NCBI GenBank assembly: GCA_040772485.1
Contig: JAXGYC010000010.1
Coordinates: 160,001 to 224,000 of the forward strand
Direction of reading: 5' to 3'
Origin: Sedimentisphaerales bacterium
GTDB taxonomy: Bacteria; Planctomycetota; Phycisphaerae; Sedimentisphaerales; Anaerobacaceae
Length of the DNA stretch: 64,000 bases
Shown: positions 9,445-18,489 of the stretch, one piece after another
Numbering within the stretch: the first letter of the stretch is position 1
How the letters are laid out: every line of letters starts with the position of its first letter
Made by a program: the position numbers and the translations under genes
The notes under the pieces: generated by a model
The model's database searches: none
What the model was told of the DNA's origin: nothing
The model's input: the letters and a program-made list of their open reading frames with translations, nothing else

Positions 9445-11720
9445 GCGGGCAGATCATTCCTGGAGGTTTCCTCGGGGCGCTGCTGTTGGCGCAGGGCACT
9501 GCGTGCGTCGCCGCAGGTCTGGCGGTCAGTTATCTGCTGCGACGCCATCCGGCCAGGGCGCACCAGATTCTGTTGCTCGCTCTGGCCGCGTCGCTCCTGA
9601 TGCCGGCTTCTTACCTTCTGGTTCGGCACTTCGAACTGGGCGTGCTGGCACTTCCTTCGTCGGCGCCCATAGAGGTGGATCTGCCCGTGATAGCCGAGAC
9701 ATCTGTCGTCACTTCGCCGGTTGAGGAGTTCGACAGCGATTCAGCGGAGATCGCATTCGCCGACACGCCTCTGCTCGTCCCGGTCACGCAGGCCGAGGAT
9801 TCTCCCCTGCCCTGGACAGCGATTGTGCTGGCCCTCTGGGCAACCGCTTCGGCGATTCTGCTGGGTCGCGTGCTGCTCCAGTTCATGCTGGGGTTGCGGC
9901 TGCTGCGCGCCAGTGATCCGCTGAAGACAGCATGCGTACAGGAAGCTCTGGAGATCGCCAAGGCGAGAATCGGCATCCGAAAACCCGTCGCGATCCGGAG
10001 CAGTCCGAAGATACACAGTCCTGTCATCTGGTGCTGGACCCGCGTGCCCGTGCTGCTGGTGCAGGAGGTCGGCGAGGCGACATCGAACGACTGCGACTGG
10101 GCCGGCGTGTTCTGCCACGAGCTGGCGCATCTGAAGCGGCGCGACCATCTCAGTGGGCTGTTCGCGGAACTGCTGACAGCCGCGATTCCATGGCACCCGC
10201 TGCCCTGGTGGGCCCGCGAGCGACTGTCGCAACTGAGCGAAGAAGCCTGCGACGACTGGGTCCTGGCCGGCGGTCGGTCCGGCGTGGACTACGCGGAATC
10301 CCTGTTGAGTCTTTCACCGCAGAGACGAATGGCGTTTCTGCCCACGGTTGTAGGGAAGGAGAAGACCATGAAAGCGAGAATCTACCGAATCGTGAGGGAT
10401 CAGTGCAGCGACCCGAGAATCGGCCGGCGATGGGCCTTCAGTCTATGCGCTCTGGCCGTTCTGGTGATCGCGACGGTGGCGCTTGCGCAGCCTCAGCCGG
10501 AGCCTGCGCAAGCACCTGAGCTTGTTGTCGAACCAGAGACGGTCCAGCCGGCGCCTCCGCAGGAGCCGGCCGTTGCGGGCCGACGCAACGTCCTGCAACG
10601 GATGCTGGACCAGTTGGTCGCCCAGGCCGAAGAGACAGAGGCGGCCTTGCGCCGGCGTGGCGACGAGCCGGGCGAGGAGACCGAAGTCCTGCGTTCGGAG
10701 CTTCGCACCTTGCGCGACCAGATCAGCCGTATCGAGCGACTGCTTCGCGACGTCGACCAGAGCCCTCGCCTGGCCCCGCCGCAACGGCCGACGCTTGAAA
10801 TAACGCAGCCGCGACAATCGGAGGATGTTCTCCGCGATCTTCAAAGCCGCCGGCAACGGATTCAGAGCCGGTTGGACAAAATCCGCGACCCCGACAGCGA
10901 AGAGGCCCGCGAGCTTCGTGAGCAGTTGGCGAGATTGGACGTCCAGATCCGACAAGCGGAAGCTCGTGCGAGAGCCGCGAGAGCACAGCGAGAGGCGACC
11001 AGTCGCGCACCGCAGCAGGAGAGGCCCGACCGCGAGGCGGACGACCGCGTGCGCGACCTGAGCAACCGCCTGCGGGAGCTCCTGGAGCAGGCCTGGGAGA
11101 ACGCCCGACAACTCGAACGCCTGGATGACCCGGACAGCGAGGAAGCCCGCGATCGCCGCACGGCCATCGAAACCACGCACGGGGAAATGGCCGAGATCGA
11201 GGCCCAGATTCAGCGGCTCCAACGAGATCCCGAGGCGAGAAACGAGGAGCGGCAGCTTCGCGTGACCGAGGAACTCGCCAGCGAAGTCGCATGGAGCATT
11301 GCGGCGGCCGAGCAGGACCTTCGCGAGCAGGAAGAACGCGGCCAAGGTGACAGCGAGGCCGCAAACGCGCTCCGCCAGAGAGTGCGATCCCTCCGTGCTC
11401 ACGCCAGAAGCATGGATGAGCAAGTGCGAGAACTGCGGAGACGACGCAGTGAGCGAAATCCAGATGAACGCCGAACCGAATCACGCGATCGATCTCCGGA
11501 TGCGATGGATCCTTATGGACGCGCCTATGGCGGCGGCCCGGCGCGCGCTCGCACCGCCAGTCCGCAGGCATCGCCCGACGTGCAGAGGCAGGTCGAGGAA
11601 TTGCGTGGGCAGGTGAACGGCCTGAACGATCAGATGCAGGAAATGCGCGAGATGCTCCGGCAACTGCTCGAACGCCGCAGCGAAACCGACGACAAGCCGC
11701 AGGAGATGAAGCGGTATTGA
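9441..11720 (+). CDS. BlaR1-like M56 metallopeptidase signal transducer with coiled-coil C-terminal region
   Basis: ATGA overlap with blaI; TM helices; HELAHLKRRD, WHPLPWW, EEACDDWV, YAESLL. Confidence 0.9.
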   Translation: MSGQIIPGGFLGALLLAQGTACVAAGLAVSYLLRRHPARAHQILLLALAASLLMPASYLLVRHFELGVLALPSSAPIEVDLPVIAETSVVTSPVEEFDSDSAEIAFADTPLLVPVTQAEDSPLPWTAIVLALWATASAILLGRVLLQFMLGLRLLRASDPLKTACVQEALEIAKARIGIRKPVAIRSSPKIHSPVIWCWTRVPVLLVQEVGEATSNDCDWAGVFCHELAHLKRRDHLSGLFAELLTAAIPWHPLPWWARERLSQLSEEACDDWVLAGGRSGVDYAESLLSLSPQRRMAFLPTVVGKEKTMKARIYRIVRDQCSDPRIGRRWAFSLCALAVLVIATVALAQPQPEPAQAPELVVEPETVQPAPPQEPAVAGRRNVLQRMLDQLVAQAEETEAALRRRGDEPGEETEVLRSELRTLRDQISRIERLLRDVDQSPRLAPPQRPTLEITQPRQSEDVLRDLQSRRQRIQSRLDKIRDPDSEEARELREQLARLDVQIRQAEARARAARAQREATSRAPQQERPDREADDRVRDLSNRLRELLEQAWENARQLERLDDPDSEEARDRRTAIETTHGEMAEIEAQIQRLQRDPEARNEERQLRVTEELASEVAWSIAAAEQDLREQEERGQGDSEAANALRQRVRSLRAHARSMDEQVRELRRRRSERNPDERRTESRDRSPDAMDPYGRAYGGGPARARTASPQASPDVQRQVEELRGQVNGLNDQMQEMREMLRQLLERRSETDDKPQEMKRY

Positions 11721-11818
11721 CGTTCGACGCAGCCTGCGTCGCCAACCATCCAAGGCCCTGGCGATCGGCTCGGTCGCGAGGGCCTTTCTCATTGGGGGAT
11801 GCAACATTTTTCTCTATC

Positions 11819-11861
11819 TACGAATTTTTTCGTTGATTTACTACGAATTCGTTCGTATCTT
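11819..11861 (+). promoter_or_regulatory. Promoter with tandem palindromic operators for BlaI #2
   Basis: TTGATT(11833)-17 nt-TATCTT(11856); TACGAA-N4-TTCGTT at 11819-11834 and TACGAA-N4-TTCGTA at 11842-11857. Confidence 0.8.
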
Positions 11862-11910
11862 TGCCGATAGACAGTTCAGGATGGAAGAGCGTACAACACA
11901 GGAGAATCTC

Positions 11911-12294
11911 ATGGCCAGACACCGAAGCGCCGGACCGACAGACCGAGAGATGGCGATCCTCAGCGTACTGTGGGAGCGCGGGCCCAGCACGGTTCGCGAG
12001 GTGCACGAAGCCCTAAACGCCGACAGCGACACGGGTTACACCACCACGCTCAAGCTGATGCAGATCATGTCCGACAAGGGCCTGCTGTCGCGCAAGGACG
12101 CCGGACGCCAGCACATCTACCGCCCTGCCGTTTCCCAGGAGAAGACGCAGAGCCAGGTCGTCGGCGAGGTGCTGGAGAAGGTCTTCGCCGGTTCGGCGGA
12201 GAAACTGGTCATGCGGGCCCTGTCGGCGCGGAAGGTCTCGGCCGAGGAACTCAAACGCATTCGCGAGATGCTCGATGAAATGGAGGGAACATAG
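11911..12294 (+). CDS. BlaI/MecI/CopY-family transcriptional repressor
   Basis: AGGAG RBS; PTDREMAILSVLWERGPSTVREVH…GYTTTLKLMQIMSDKGL…VFAGSAEKLV. Confidence 0.93.
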   Translation: MARHRSAGPTDREMAILSVLWERGPSTVREVHEALNADSDTGYTTTLKLMQIMSDKGLLSRKDAGRQHIYRPAVSQEKTQSQVVGEVLEKVFAGSAEKLVMRALSARKVSAEELKRIREMLDEMEGT

Positions 12295-12296
12295 TC

Positions 12297-15200
12297 ATGG
12301 CAACACTGGAAACCCTGCTGTCGCAGCAGATGATCGAGCGGCTGGGCTGGACGCTGATCCACTTCATCTGGCAGGCGGCGACGGTTGCGCTGCTGCTGGC
12401 GGTCGTGCTGCGAGGCCTTCGCCGGAGCAGTTCGAATGTGCGATACGTCGTTGCGTGCCTGGCGATGGCGCTGATCGTCGCGCTGCCGCTGGTGACGATG
12501 TCGCTCGTGGAGGTATCGAGGCCCGTCGCGGAGGCGGGCCCGATCCTCAATCCCCCGCTTGTGATGAGGACGACGCCCGTCGAGGTGGTGGAATTGCCTC
12601 TTGAGCCGTTCGACGCGCCGGTTGCGGAGATGCACGAGCGTGTTACTCGCATGCCCTGGATGCAGCGGATCGCCACCGCGCTGGAGCCTGCCTTGCCCTG
12701 GCTGGTGTTGGGCTGGCTGCTGGGCGTCTTTGGGCTTTCCGCCTGGCACCTGGGCGGCTGGGCTCAGTTGCAGCGGATGAAACGACGATTGGTCAGTGAA
12801 GTCGCCGCGCCGCTGCACGCAAGAGCGGCCGCACTGGCCGGGCGACTGGGCATCCGCCGCGCAATCGGGCTGTGGGCTTCGCCCTTGATCGACGTGCCTG
12901 CGGTCGTCGGATGGATCAAGCCGGTGATCCTGCTGCCGGTCGGCGCCGTCACGGGCCTGAGCGTCGAGCAGCTTGAGGCGATCCTCGCGCACGAGCTGGC
13001 GCACGTTCGCCGCTGCGATTACCTCGTCAACCTCGCCCAGACCGTCGTCGAGATTCTCGGTTTCTATCACCCGGCGGTCTGGTGGGTCTCGCACCGGATT
13101 CGCGATGAACGGGAGAACTGTTGCGACGATCTGGCGGTACAGGTCTGCGGCGATTCGCGGCGGTACGCCCGCGCCCTGACCAGCCTGGAAGAGCTGCGCC
13201 ACGTGGCGAGGGCGTCCCGCCCTCGTGTCCAGAAAGAAGGACCAAGGGCAAGATGCCCTCGCCACACAGCGGTGGCCGCCAGCGGCGGCAGCCTCGTCGG
13301 GCGGATCGCCCGCCTGCTCGGCCGCCCGCCCATCGACAACCGCCGCTTCGCCTGGCTGCCCGGCCTGATCGCCCTTCTCGTCGTCGCCGCCATCCTCATC
13401 CCCACCGCCCTGCTCATCGCAGCGCCGACCGTACCACAGCCTTTGAATACAGAGGCCGATTCAGCAGAAGCTGCGCGAGACGATAATGTCACACCGACAC
13501 GATTCGTACATTGGGATGTCGAAGGACAAATCGACCGCGAGTTCGGCTTTGAGCGGCTGATCCGCGAGGAAGGGGATCACTGGATTGTTGCCATACCCCA
13601 TTCGACACAGTCTGTCGGGAAGATGCGCTGCCACATCCGTGCCGATCGGGGCGAACTCCGTTTGGATGGAGTCCTGAACCAGCCCACCCCGGACGTTGGC
13701 ACATTCCGTGGGAATGTGGTCATTGAGATCACTTCCAGCGAACCTAACAGCATCGATGCGTGCACACTCTATCTCGACGAGGTGACCTTCTCCGCACAGA
13801 ACAAGCGATTCACCAGTTCCGGCCCCGTTCGCCTGATTTGCGGCGCCACCGAACTGGTCGGCCGAGGACTGGAGCTGTCTTTTGACGAACCACAAGACCG
13901 GTCCGATCCGAATCGACGCACGATTATCGACGGCGTCGGCGCGCAAATCGCCCCCTCGGGCTCTCTGATCGTCTCACTGGGCGACCCCGAGACCGAATCC
14001 TCGGAGGAATCTGCATCCACGCAACCCACGCCGGTCCGCGTGCTGACCAAGACGGCAGATAGTCGCGCGCTTTCGTTGGAGGAGAAGCCCAGGGTCATGC
14101 TGGATATTGAGCCGAGTGCTGATGCAGCAGACCGCCAGGTCCTGCTCAGCTTCACCATCGCGGAAATCGTAACGGAAGAAGCACTGGATCGTGCCACGGC
14201 CCGACAGCTTCGTGCCCTTCTCACCGACGCATCGCACGACGCCAAATTCAATCTACCAAGCGTGGAAGAGCTCCAGAAGCCCGTACAGTATATCGTCAGC
14301 AAATACGCGAACATCTGCAACCAAATAGATGACGCCGCCAGAGCCTTCACCGATCTGCTGGTGTCACGGGGTTATGCGACCGTGTGTGCCAGCCCCGAAA
14401 TGTTGATCCGCCTCGGCGCGAGCGGCCACCTCAGTTGCGGCAACATTCCAGTCATGGGACCTCCCGCGCCCCCCAGCCAGACGAACAATCCTGCTCTGAG
14501 TCTGGATGTGACACCAACCGCCCCGCACGACGCCAACGGCATCCGGCTCACTCTGGCACTGCGTGCAAGAAACCTCGCGTCCCTCGATTCGGAGGGCAGG
14601 CTTTCCACGACAGCAGCCTACGCCAGCTTCAATTTCGCGCTATCTGCCCGGAATAACCAGTGCATCATGCTTCCTCTGACCACGGCCGCCAGCCCTGAGA
14701 GCGATGACCTGGATGCGAAGACCGCAACGACTCTGTTGTTGGTCAAGCCAACCCTCATCGAGCCTCCCGCCAAACCCACACCTGCGCTGTCCGCCTCCGA
14801 GCAGGCAACCGCCGACACGGCGCGTGAATTCGTCCAAACCGACCCGATGGTCCGCGAGTTGGCGAGGAAGATCGCGGAGATAGAAATCGAATTGCTGGAA
14901 GCGCAACAAACGTTCCTGCCGGAGCATCCCGAAATCGTGCAGAAGAAGCAACTGTTGGAAGCGCTGAACGCTCTTCTGGAGAAGAGACGCAAAGGGTTGG
15001 AGCAAGAATTCGACGCCGGCAGGACTTCCGCTACCGCGCCGGACGACCCGGAGAGGCAGCGTGCCCACGCGGAGAAGGCATTGGCCATTATGCGTGGACA
15101 AGTGGCATGGGTCAACGAGAGAATCGATAAGGTCAGCTCAGCCTGGTACCCGGATGAGGCAGAGCGATCACGTGAACTGGCGGACCTGAAACGATTCAAG

Positions 15201-17390
15201 GAGGCAGTCGAAGCCCAGCTTCAGGGAATCGCGCGGATAGTAGAAGAGCAATTCGGCCCTCCTGCTGAGCCTGAGCCTTACCAGCTCTCCGAGACCGAGC
15301 GCTTCGCCGAGCGAATGAAGCATCTGGGCTTGGCCCTTCGTCTCTACACGGAGAATCACGATGGACGGTATCCCGACGATCTGCTGCCACTGGACCCGTA
15401 TCTGAGCCTGGAAGATTCACGCTGGATCGAGACGAGCGTTATCTACCTTGGCAAAGGCAAGACCGGAAACGATGTGCCTGAGAGCCCGATTGCCTACGAC
15501 GAAATGCTGCTGAAGCAGACGGGCCAGACCCACGTCTTGTTTGCGGACGGTCAAATCCGCGTCACTCCAGAGGGTTCTTCTATGATCTGGCTCGACCACC
15601 GCAAGGCGCGAGCCTTGGAGGCATCTGCATCCAGGCAACCCACGCCGGTTCGCGTGCTGAGCGAAACGGCTGACGGTCGCGCGTCCTCGCCGGATGAGAA
15701 GCCCAGGGTTATGCTGGATATCGAGCTGGTCAAGTTCCTGACGGACCGGCCGCTGAGCCCTGAGGCAGCGACACAGTTGTCGGGCCTGTGGGACCAGATG
15801 TACGCAAAGCGAGAGGCCAGACGAGAGCAGAGAGGTTCACTTCCGCGTGTGGACGAGTTGCAGATTTCGCCTCAGGCACTGCTCGAACGCTGCACCGAGA
15901 ATGCGCAAGGGGACTCGGAGGCACTGGAGATCCTGGTCGATCTGCTGGCATCGCGCGAATACCTCAAAGTCGCCATGAACCCCACGGTGGAGGTCTTCGA
16001 TGGCCAGCAGGCCCAAGTCATGAGCAAACAGCACCTGCCGAATCCGACCGCGCACCCCGGAGCGCCCGAGACGGTCGAATGCCGCGATCTTGTGACGGTC
16101 ACGCCTCGCATCGATGGCGCCGGTCATATCACCTTGGACCTTGCGGCGGAGATCTGCGACGTAATACTGGACGACAGCAAGACGCCACGCGTCAGCAAGT
16201 ACGGTATCGACACCAAGGCCGTCGTGGACAAAAACAAGACGTTCGTCTGTCGCCTGGAGTCCGCTGCCGAAGGACAGACGCAAGACAACGGGGTTCTCTA
16301 CCTCCTGGCCCGCCCACGCGTTGTTCGATCCGCGCCGTCCGCCTCCGTTGCGATCCCGACTGCGGAATCCGAGCCCTCAGGGCTGAGTACGGTGACCGCA
16401 ACGTTCGAGGGCACGGACTTGCTTCAGGTACTCAAAACGGTGGCCGAAATGGCGGGGGCCAATATCATGTACGATGCGAATCTCTCCGGCGAAGTCTATG
16501 CCACGCTTGACGATGTGCCTATTGAGACGGCCCTGCAAATCATCCTCGCCGGGTCGCCTTATGTCTTCCGGAAAACAAACTACGGCTACGAGGTGAAGAT
16601 GCGAAACGCGCCGAATGTCGAGACCTCCAGCCGCGAGACGGACGTCGTCGAGGTGGCGGCGCGGTTCGTGCTGGTGGATCGGGGGTGCATGGAGGCGCTG
16701 CGGCGTGGCTTGCCGATTCAGGGCGTCACCGCGCCCGCGGATGTCAATGCGCTGCACGAGATCGGCAGTGGCCTTGCCGAGGGCCGAACGCCCCTGCTGA
16801 AGCCGGACCGGGTCGAGCTACTGCTCAGAGCGGTCGGCCAGTACGCCGGAAGCAAGATGCTGGCCGCGCCGAAGGTGTTCGTGCTGGATGGTCACTCCGC
16901 CAGTGTGAGCCTCGCCAACCACATCCAGTACACCAGCGGGTACCGCGAGCCCAATGACGCCTCCCCCGAACCCATCGCACAACACGCCTCCAAAGAAGTC
17001 GGCGTCCGACTCGACGCGACGCCGCACCTCATCGAAGACCAGAACAACATCCGTCTTCAGTTCGAGATGGAGATCAACTCGCTGCTCGGGATGCAGAAGG
17101 CTCTGTACAGGGGCAAGTACGAGTACGACGTTCCCACGTTCACGGCCGTCACCACGGCCACCGAGATCGTCGTAGCCGATGGACAGACAGCCCTGATCCA
17201 CGTAGGGGAAGCGCCAGCGGTCGGCAACATCCTCCGCAACGAAAGCGAGCCGGCCGGCCCACTGCTGATGCTGATCAAACCCAGCAGGACAACGGCGGAG
17301 CCTCCCGACCCCGCGCCTCCGATGCAACCGGGACGCCGCCCGGGCGATCCCGGCATGGGCGCCCTGCCGCCCGGCGCGAATCCACGGTAG
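12297..17390 (+). CDS. Giant (1697 aa) BlaR1-like M56 peptidase with mosaic extracytoplasmic domains including secretin-like segments
   Basis: GWTLIHFIWQ, HELAHVRRCDYLVN, FYHPAVWW, ERENCCDD; C-terminal STN-like and secretin-like motifs (MLAAPKVFVLDG, EVGVRLDATP). Confidence 0.88.
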   Translation: MATLETLLSQQMIERLGWTLIHFIWQAATVALLLAVVLRGLRRSSSNVRYVVACLAMALIVALPLVTMSLVEVSRPVAEAGPILNPPLVMRTTPVEVVELPLEPFDAPVAEMHERVTRMPWMQRIATALEPALPWLVLGWLLGVFGLSAWHLGGWAQLQRMKRRLVSEVAAPLHARAAALAGRLGIRRAIGLWASPLIDVPAVVGWIKPVILLPVGAVTGLSVEQLEAILAHELAHVRRCDYLVNLAQTVVEILGFYHPAVWWVSHRIRDERENCCDDLAVQVCGDSRRYARALTSLEELRHVARASRPRVQKEGPRARCPRHTAVAASGGSLVGRIARLLGRPPIDNRRFAWLPGLIALLVVAAILIPTALLIAAPTVPQPLNTEADSAEAARDDNVTPTRFVHWDVEGQIDREFGFERLIREEGDHWIVAIPHSTQSVGKMRCHIRADRGELRLDGVLNQPTPDVGTFRGNVVIEITSSEPNSIDACTLYLDEVTFSAQNKRFTSSGPVRLICGATELVGRGLELSFDEPQDRSDPNRRTIIDGVGAQIAPSGSLIVSLGDPETESSEESASTQPTPVRVLTKTADSRALSLEEKPRVMLDIEPSADAADRQVLLSFTIAEIVTEEALDRATARQLRALLTDASHDAKFNLPSVEELQKPVQYIVSKYANICNQIDDAARAFTDLLVSRGYATVCASPEMLIRLGASGHLSCGNIPVMGPPAPPSQTNNPALSLDVTPTAPHDANGIRLTLALRARNLASLDSEGRLSTTAAYASFNFALSARNNQCIMLPLTTAASPESDDLDAKTATTLLLVKPTLIEPPAKPTPALSASEQATADTAREFVQTDPMVRELARKIAEIEIELLEAQQTFLPEHPEIVQKKQLLEALNALLEKRRKGLEQEFDAGRTSATAPDDPERQRAHAEKALAIMRGQVAWVNERIDKVSSAWYPDEAERSRELADLKRFKEAVEAQLQGIARIVEEQFGPPAEPEPYQLSETERFAERMKHLGLALRLYTENHDGRYPDDLLPLDPYLSLEDSRWIETSVIYLGKGKTGNDVPESPIAYDEMLLKQTGQTHVLFADGQIRVTPEGSSMIWLDHRKARALEASASRQPTPVRVLSETADGRASSPDEKPRVMLDIELVKFLTDRPLSPEAATQLSGLWDQMYAKREARREQRGSLPRVDELQISPQALLERCTENAQGDSEALEILVDLLASREYLKVAMNPTVEVFDGQQAQVMSKQHLPNPTAHPGAPETVECRDLVTVTPRIDGAGHITLDLAAEICDVILDDSKTPRVSKYGIDTKAVVDKNKTFVCRLESAAEGQTQDNGVLYLLARPRVVRSAPSASVAIPTAESEPSGLSTVTATFEGTDLLQVLKTVAEMAGANIMYDANLSGEVYATLDDVPIETALQIILAGSPYVFRKTNYGYEVKMRNAPNVETSSRETDVVEVAARFVLVDRGCMEALRRGLPIQGVTAPADVNALHEIGSGLAEGRTPLLKPDRVELLLRAVGQYAGSKMLAAPKVFVLDGHSASVSLANHIQYTSGYREPNDASPEPIAQHASKEVGVRLDATPHLIEDQNNIRLQFEMEINSLLGMQKALYRGKYEYDVPTFTAVTTATEIVVADGQTALIHVGEAPAVGNILRNESEPAGPLLMLIKPSRTTAEPPDPAPPMQPGRRPGDPGMGALPPGANPR
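13203..13265. repeat. REP-like palindromic doublet inserted in frame in the M56 gene
   Basis: GTGGCGAGGGC…GCCCTCGCCAC outer inverted repeat with internal hairpins GAGGGCgtcccGCCCTC and AGGGCaagatGCCCT; 63 bp. Confidence 0.8.
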
Positions 17391-17413
17391 GGGCGAGGCA
17401 TGCCTCGCCCTAC
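17387..17413. repeat. GTAG-type REP-like palindrome between convergent genes
   Basis: GTAGGGGCGAGGCA|TGCCTCGCCCTAC; contains both TAG stops. Confidence 0.75.
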
Positions 17414-18438
17414 GCGAGCATGGTTTCGGTGAGTTCCTTGCGGTGGCGGCGGAGCCACTTGGTCTTGCGAACGATCATGCGCAGGAAGTCGAGTCCGCTG
17501 TGGTCGCCGAAGAAGCCGGTGGCCGCTACGGGCAGAACCGCCTCGGCGATCATCGCCTCGATCATCAGGTCGACAAGTCCGTACAGCTTGCGCTTGCTCA
17601 GCGGGATGACTTCGCGATAGCCCGCCAGGAACTGCAAGAGACGCTCCTGGTCGAAGGCGTCGGGCCACTGGGCCGGATCGGGCGAAGCGCCGAGGATCGA
17701 GAACTGGAGCATGCCGTTGGCCAGGTCGGTCACGGGCGGAGCGATGCGGATCGAATCGAAATCCACCACGCCCACCACCTTGCGGTCGGAAAACAGCAGG
17801 TTGCCCGGGTGCCAGTCGCCGTGGATGATCTGTCGCTTCCAGGAGGCATAACCCACGCGGTCGACGCGATTGCTGGAGCGGTCGTACCGAATCACCAGCG
17901 ATTCGGTCACCGCGGCGGCGCGTTGGAGCGATCCGGTGCGCTTGTCCGTCCGGATCATTTGAAGATGCTGACGCACGGTCGCCGAGTCGTGAAAGCTGCC
18001 CTGGAACGGCTCGTAGTCGTGAGCGAAGTCGCGCAGGCACACGTGCAGATGGGCCAGTTGCCGACCGGCGTCCGTCGTCGCTTCGGCCGAGCCGTCACAG
18101 CGCGAGCCGGTGACAAAGGCAAACAGCTCATAAATGTGATTGTCCACGTTCAGAACAGTCTTGTGCTCGTCGCTCGTGGCCACCAGCGACGTGACGGGAA
18201 AGCCCCGCGCCGCCAGATGCCTCTGCACGGCGTGAGCGAACGCCACGCGCTTCATGTCGTCCCGCCCTCGCGGACGCCGCTTGAGCAGGAACGTCCCTTT
18301 GTCGGCATGCACGATTACTTTGGGGGCTCGCCGGTTGCCGGCCGGAAGGGAGCGAACGCGGTGAACCACGCCGACGTCGTAATGGCTCAGGACGCGGACC
18401 AGTTCCTCCGACGCGAAATTGGCTCCTCCTCTGGGCAT
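17410..18438 (-). CDS. Phosphotransferase (APH/homoserine kinase type II-like)
   Basis: FLLKR, IIHGDWHPGNLLF and VVDFD kinase motifs. Confidence 0.85.
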   Translation of the reverse strand: MPRGGANFASEELVRVLSHYDVGVVHRVRSLPAGNRRAPKVIVHADKGTFLLKRRPRGRDDMKRVAFAHAVQRHLAARGFPVTSLVATSDEHKTVLNVDNHIYELFAFVTGSRCDGSAEATTDAGRQLAHLHVCLRDFAHDYEPFQGSFHDSATVRQHLQMIRTDKRTGSLQRAAAVTESLVIRYDRSSNRVDRVGYASWKRQIIHGDWHPGNLLFSDRKVVGVVDFDSIRIAPPVTDLANGMLQFSILGASPDPAQWPDAFDQERLLQFLAGYREVIPLSKRKLYGLVDLMIEAMIAEAVLPVAATGFFGDHSGLDFLRMIVRKTKWLRRHRKELTETMLA

Positions 18439-18489
18439 TGACGCTTTTCTCGATGCAGATGGGCGAGGCCGGCCGGTGCCGCCAGGACG

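Noticed and set aside
9052..17390. Beta-lactam resistance locus
   Set aside because: No penicillin-binding sensor domain recognised, and no beta-lactamase or PBP gene nearby
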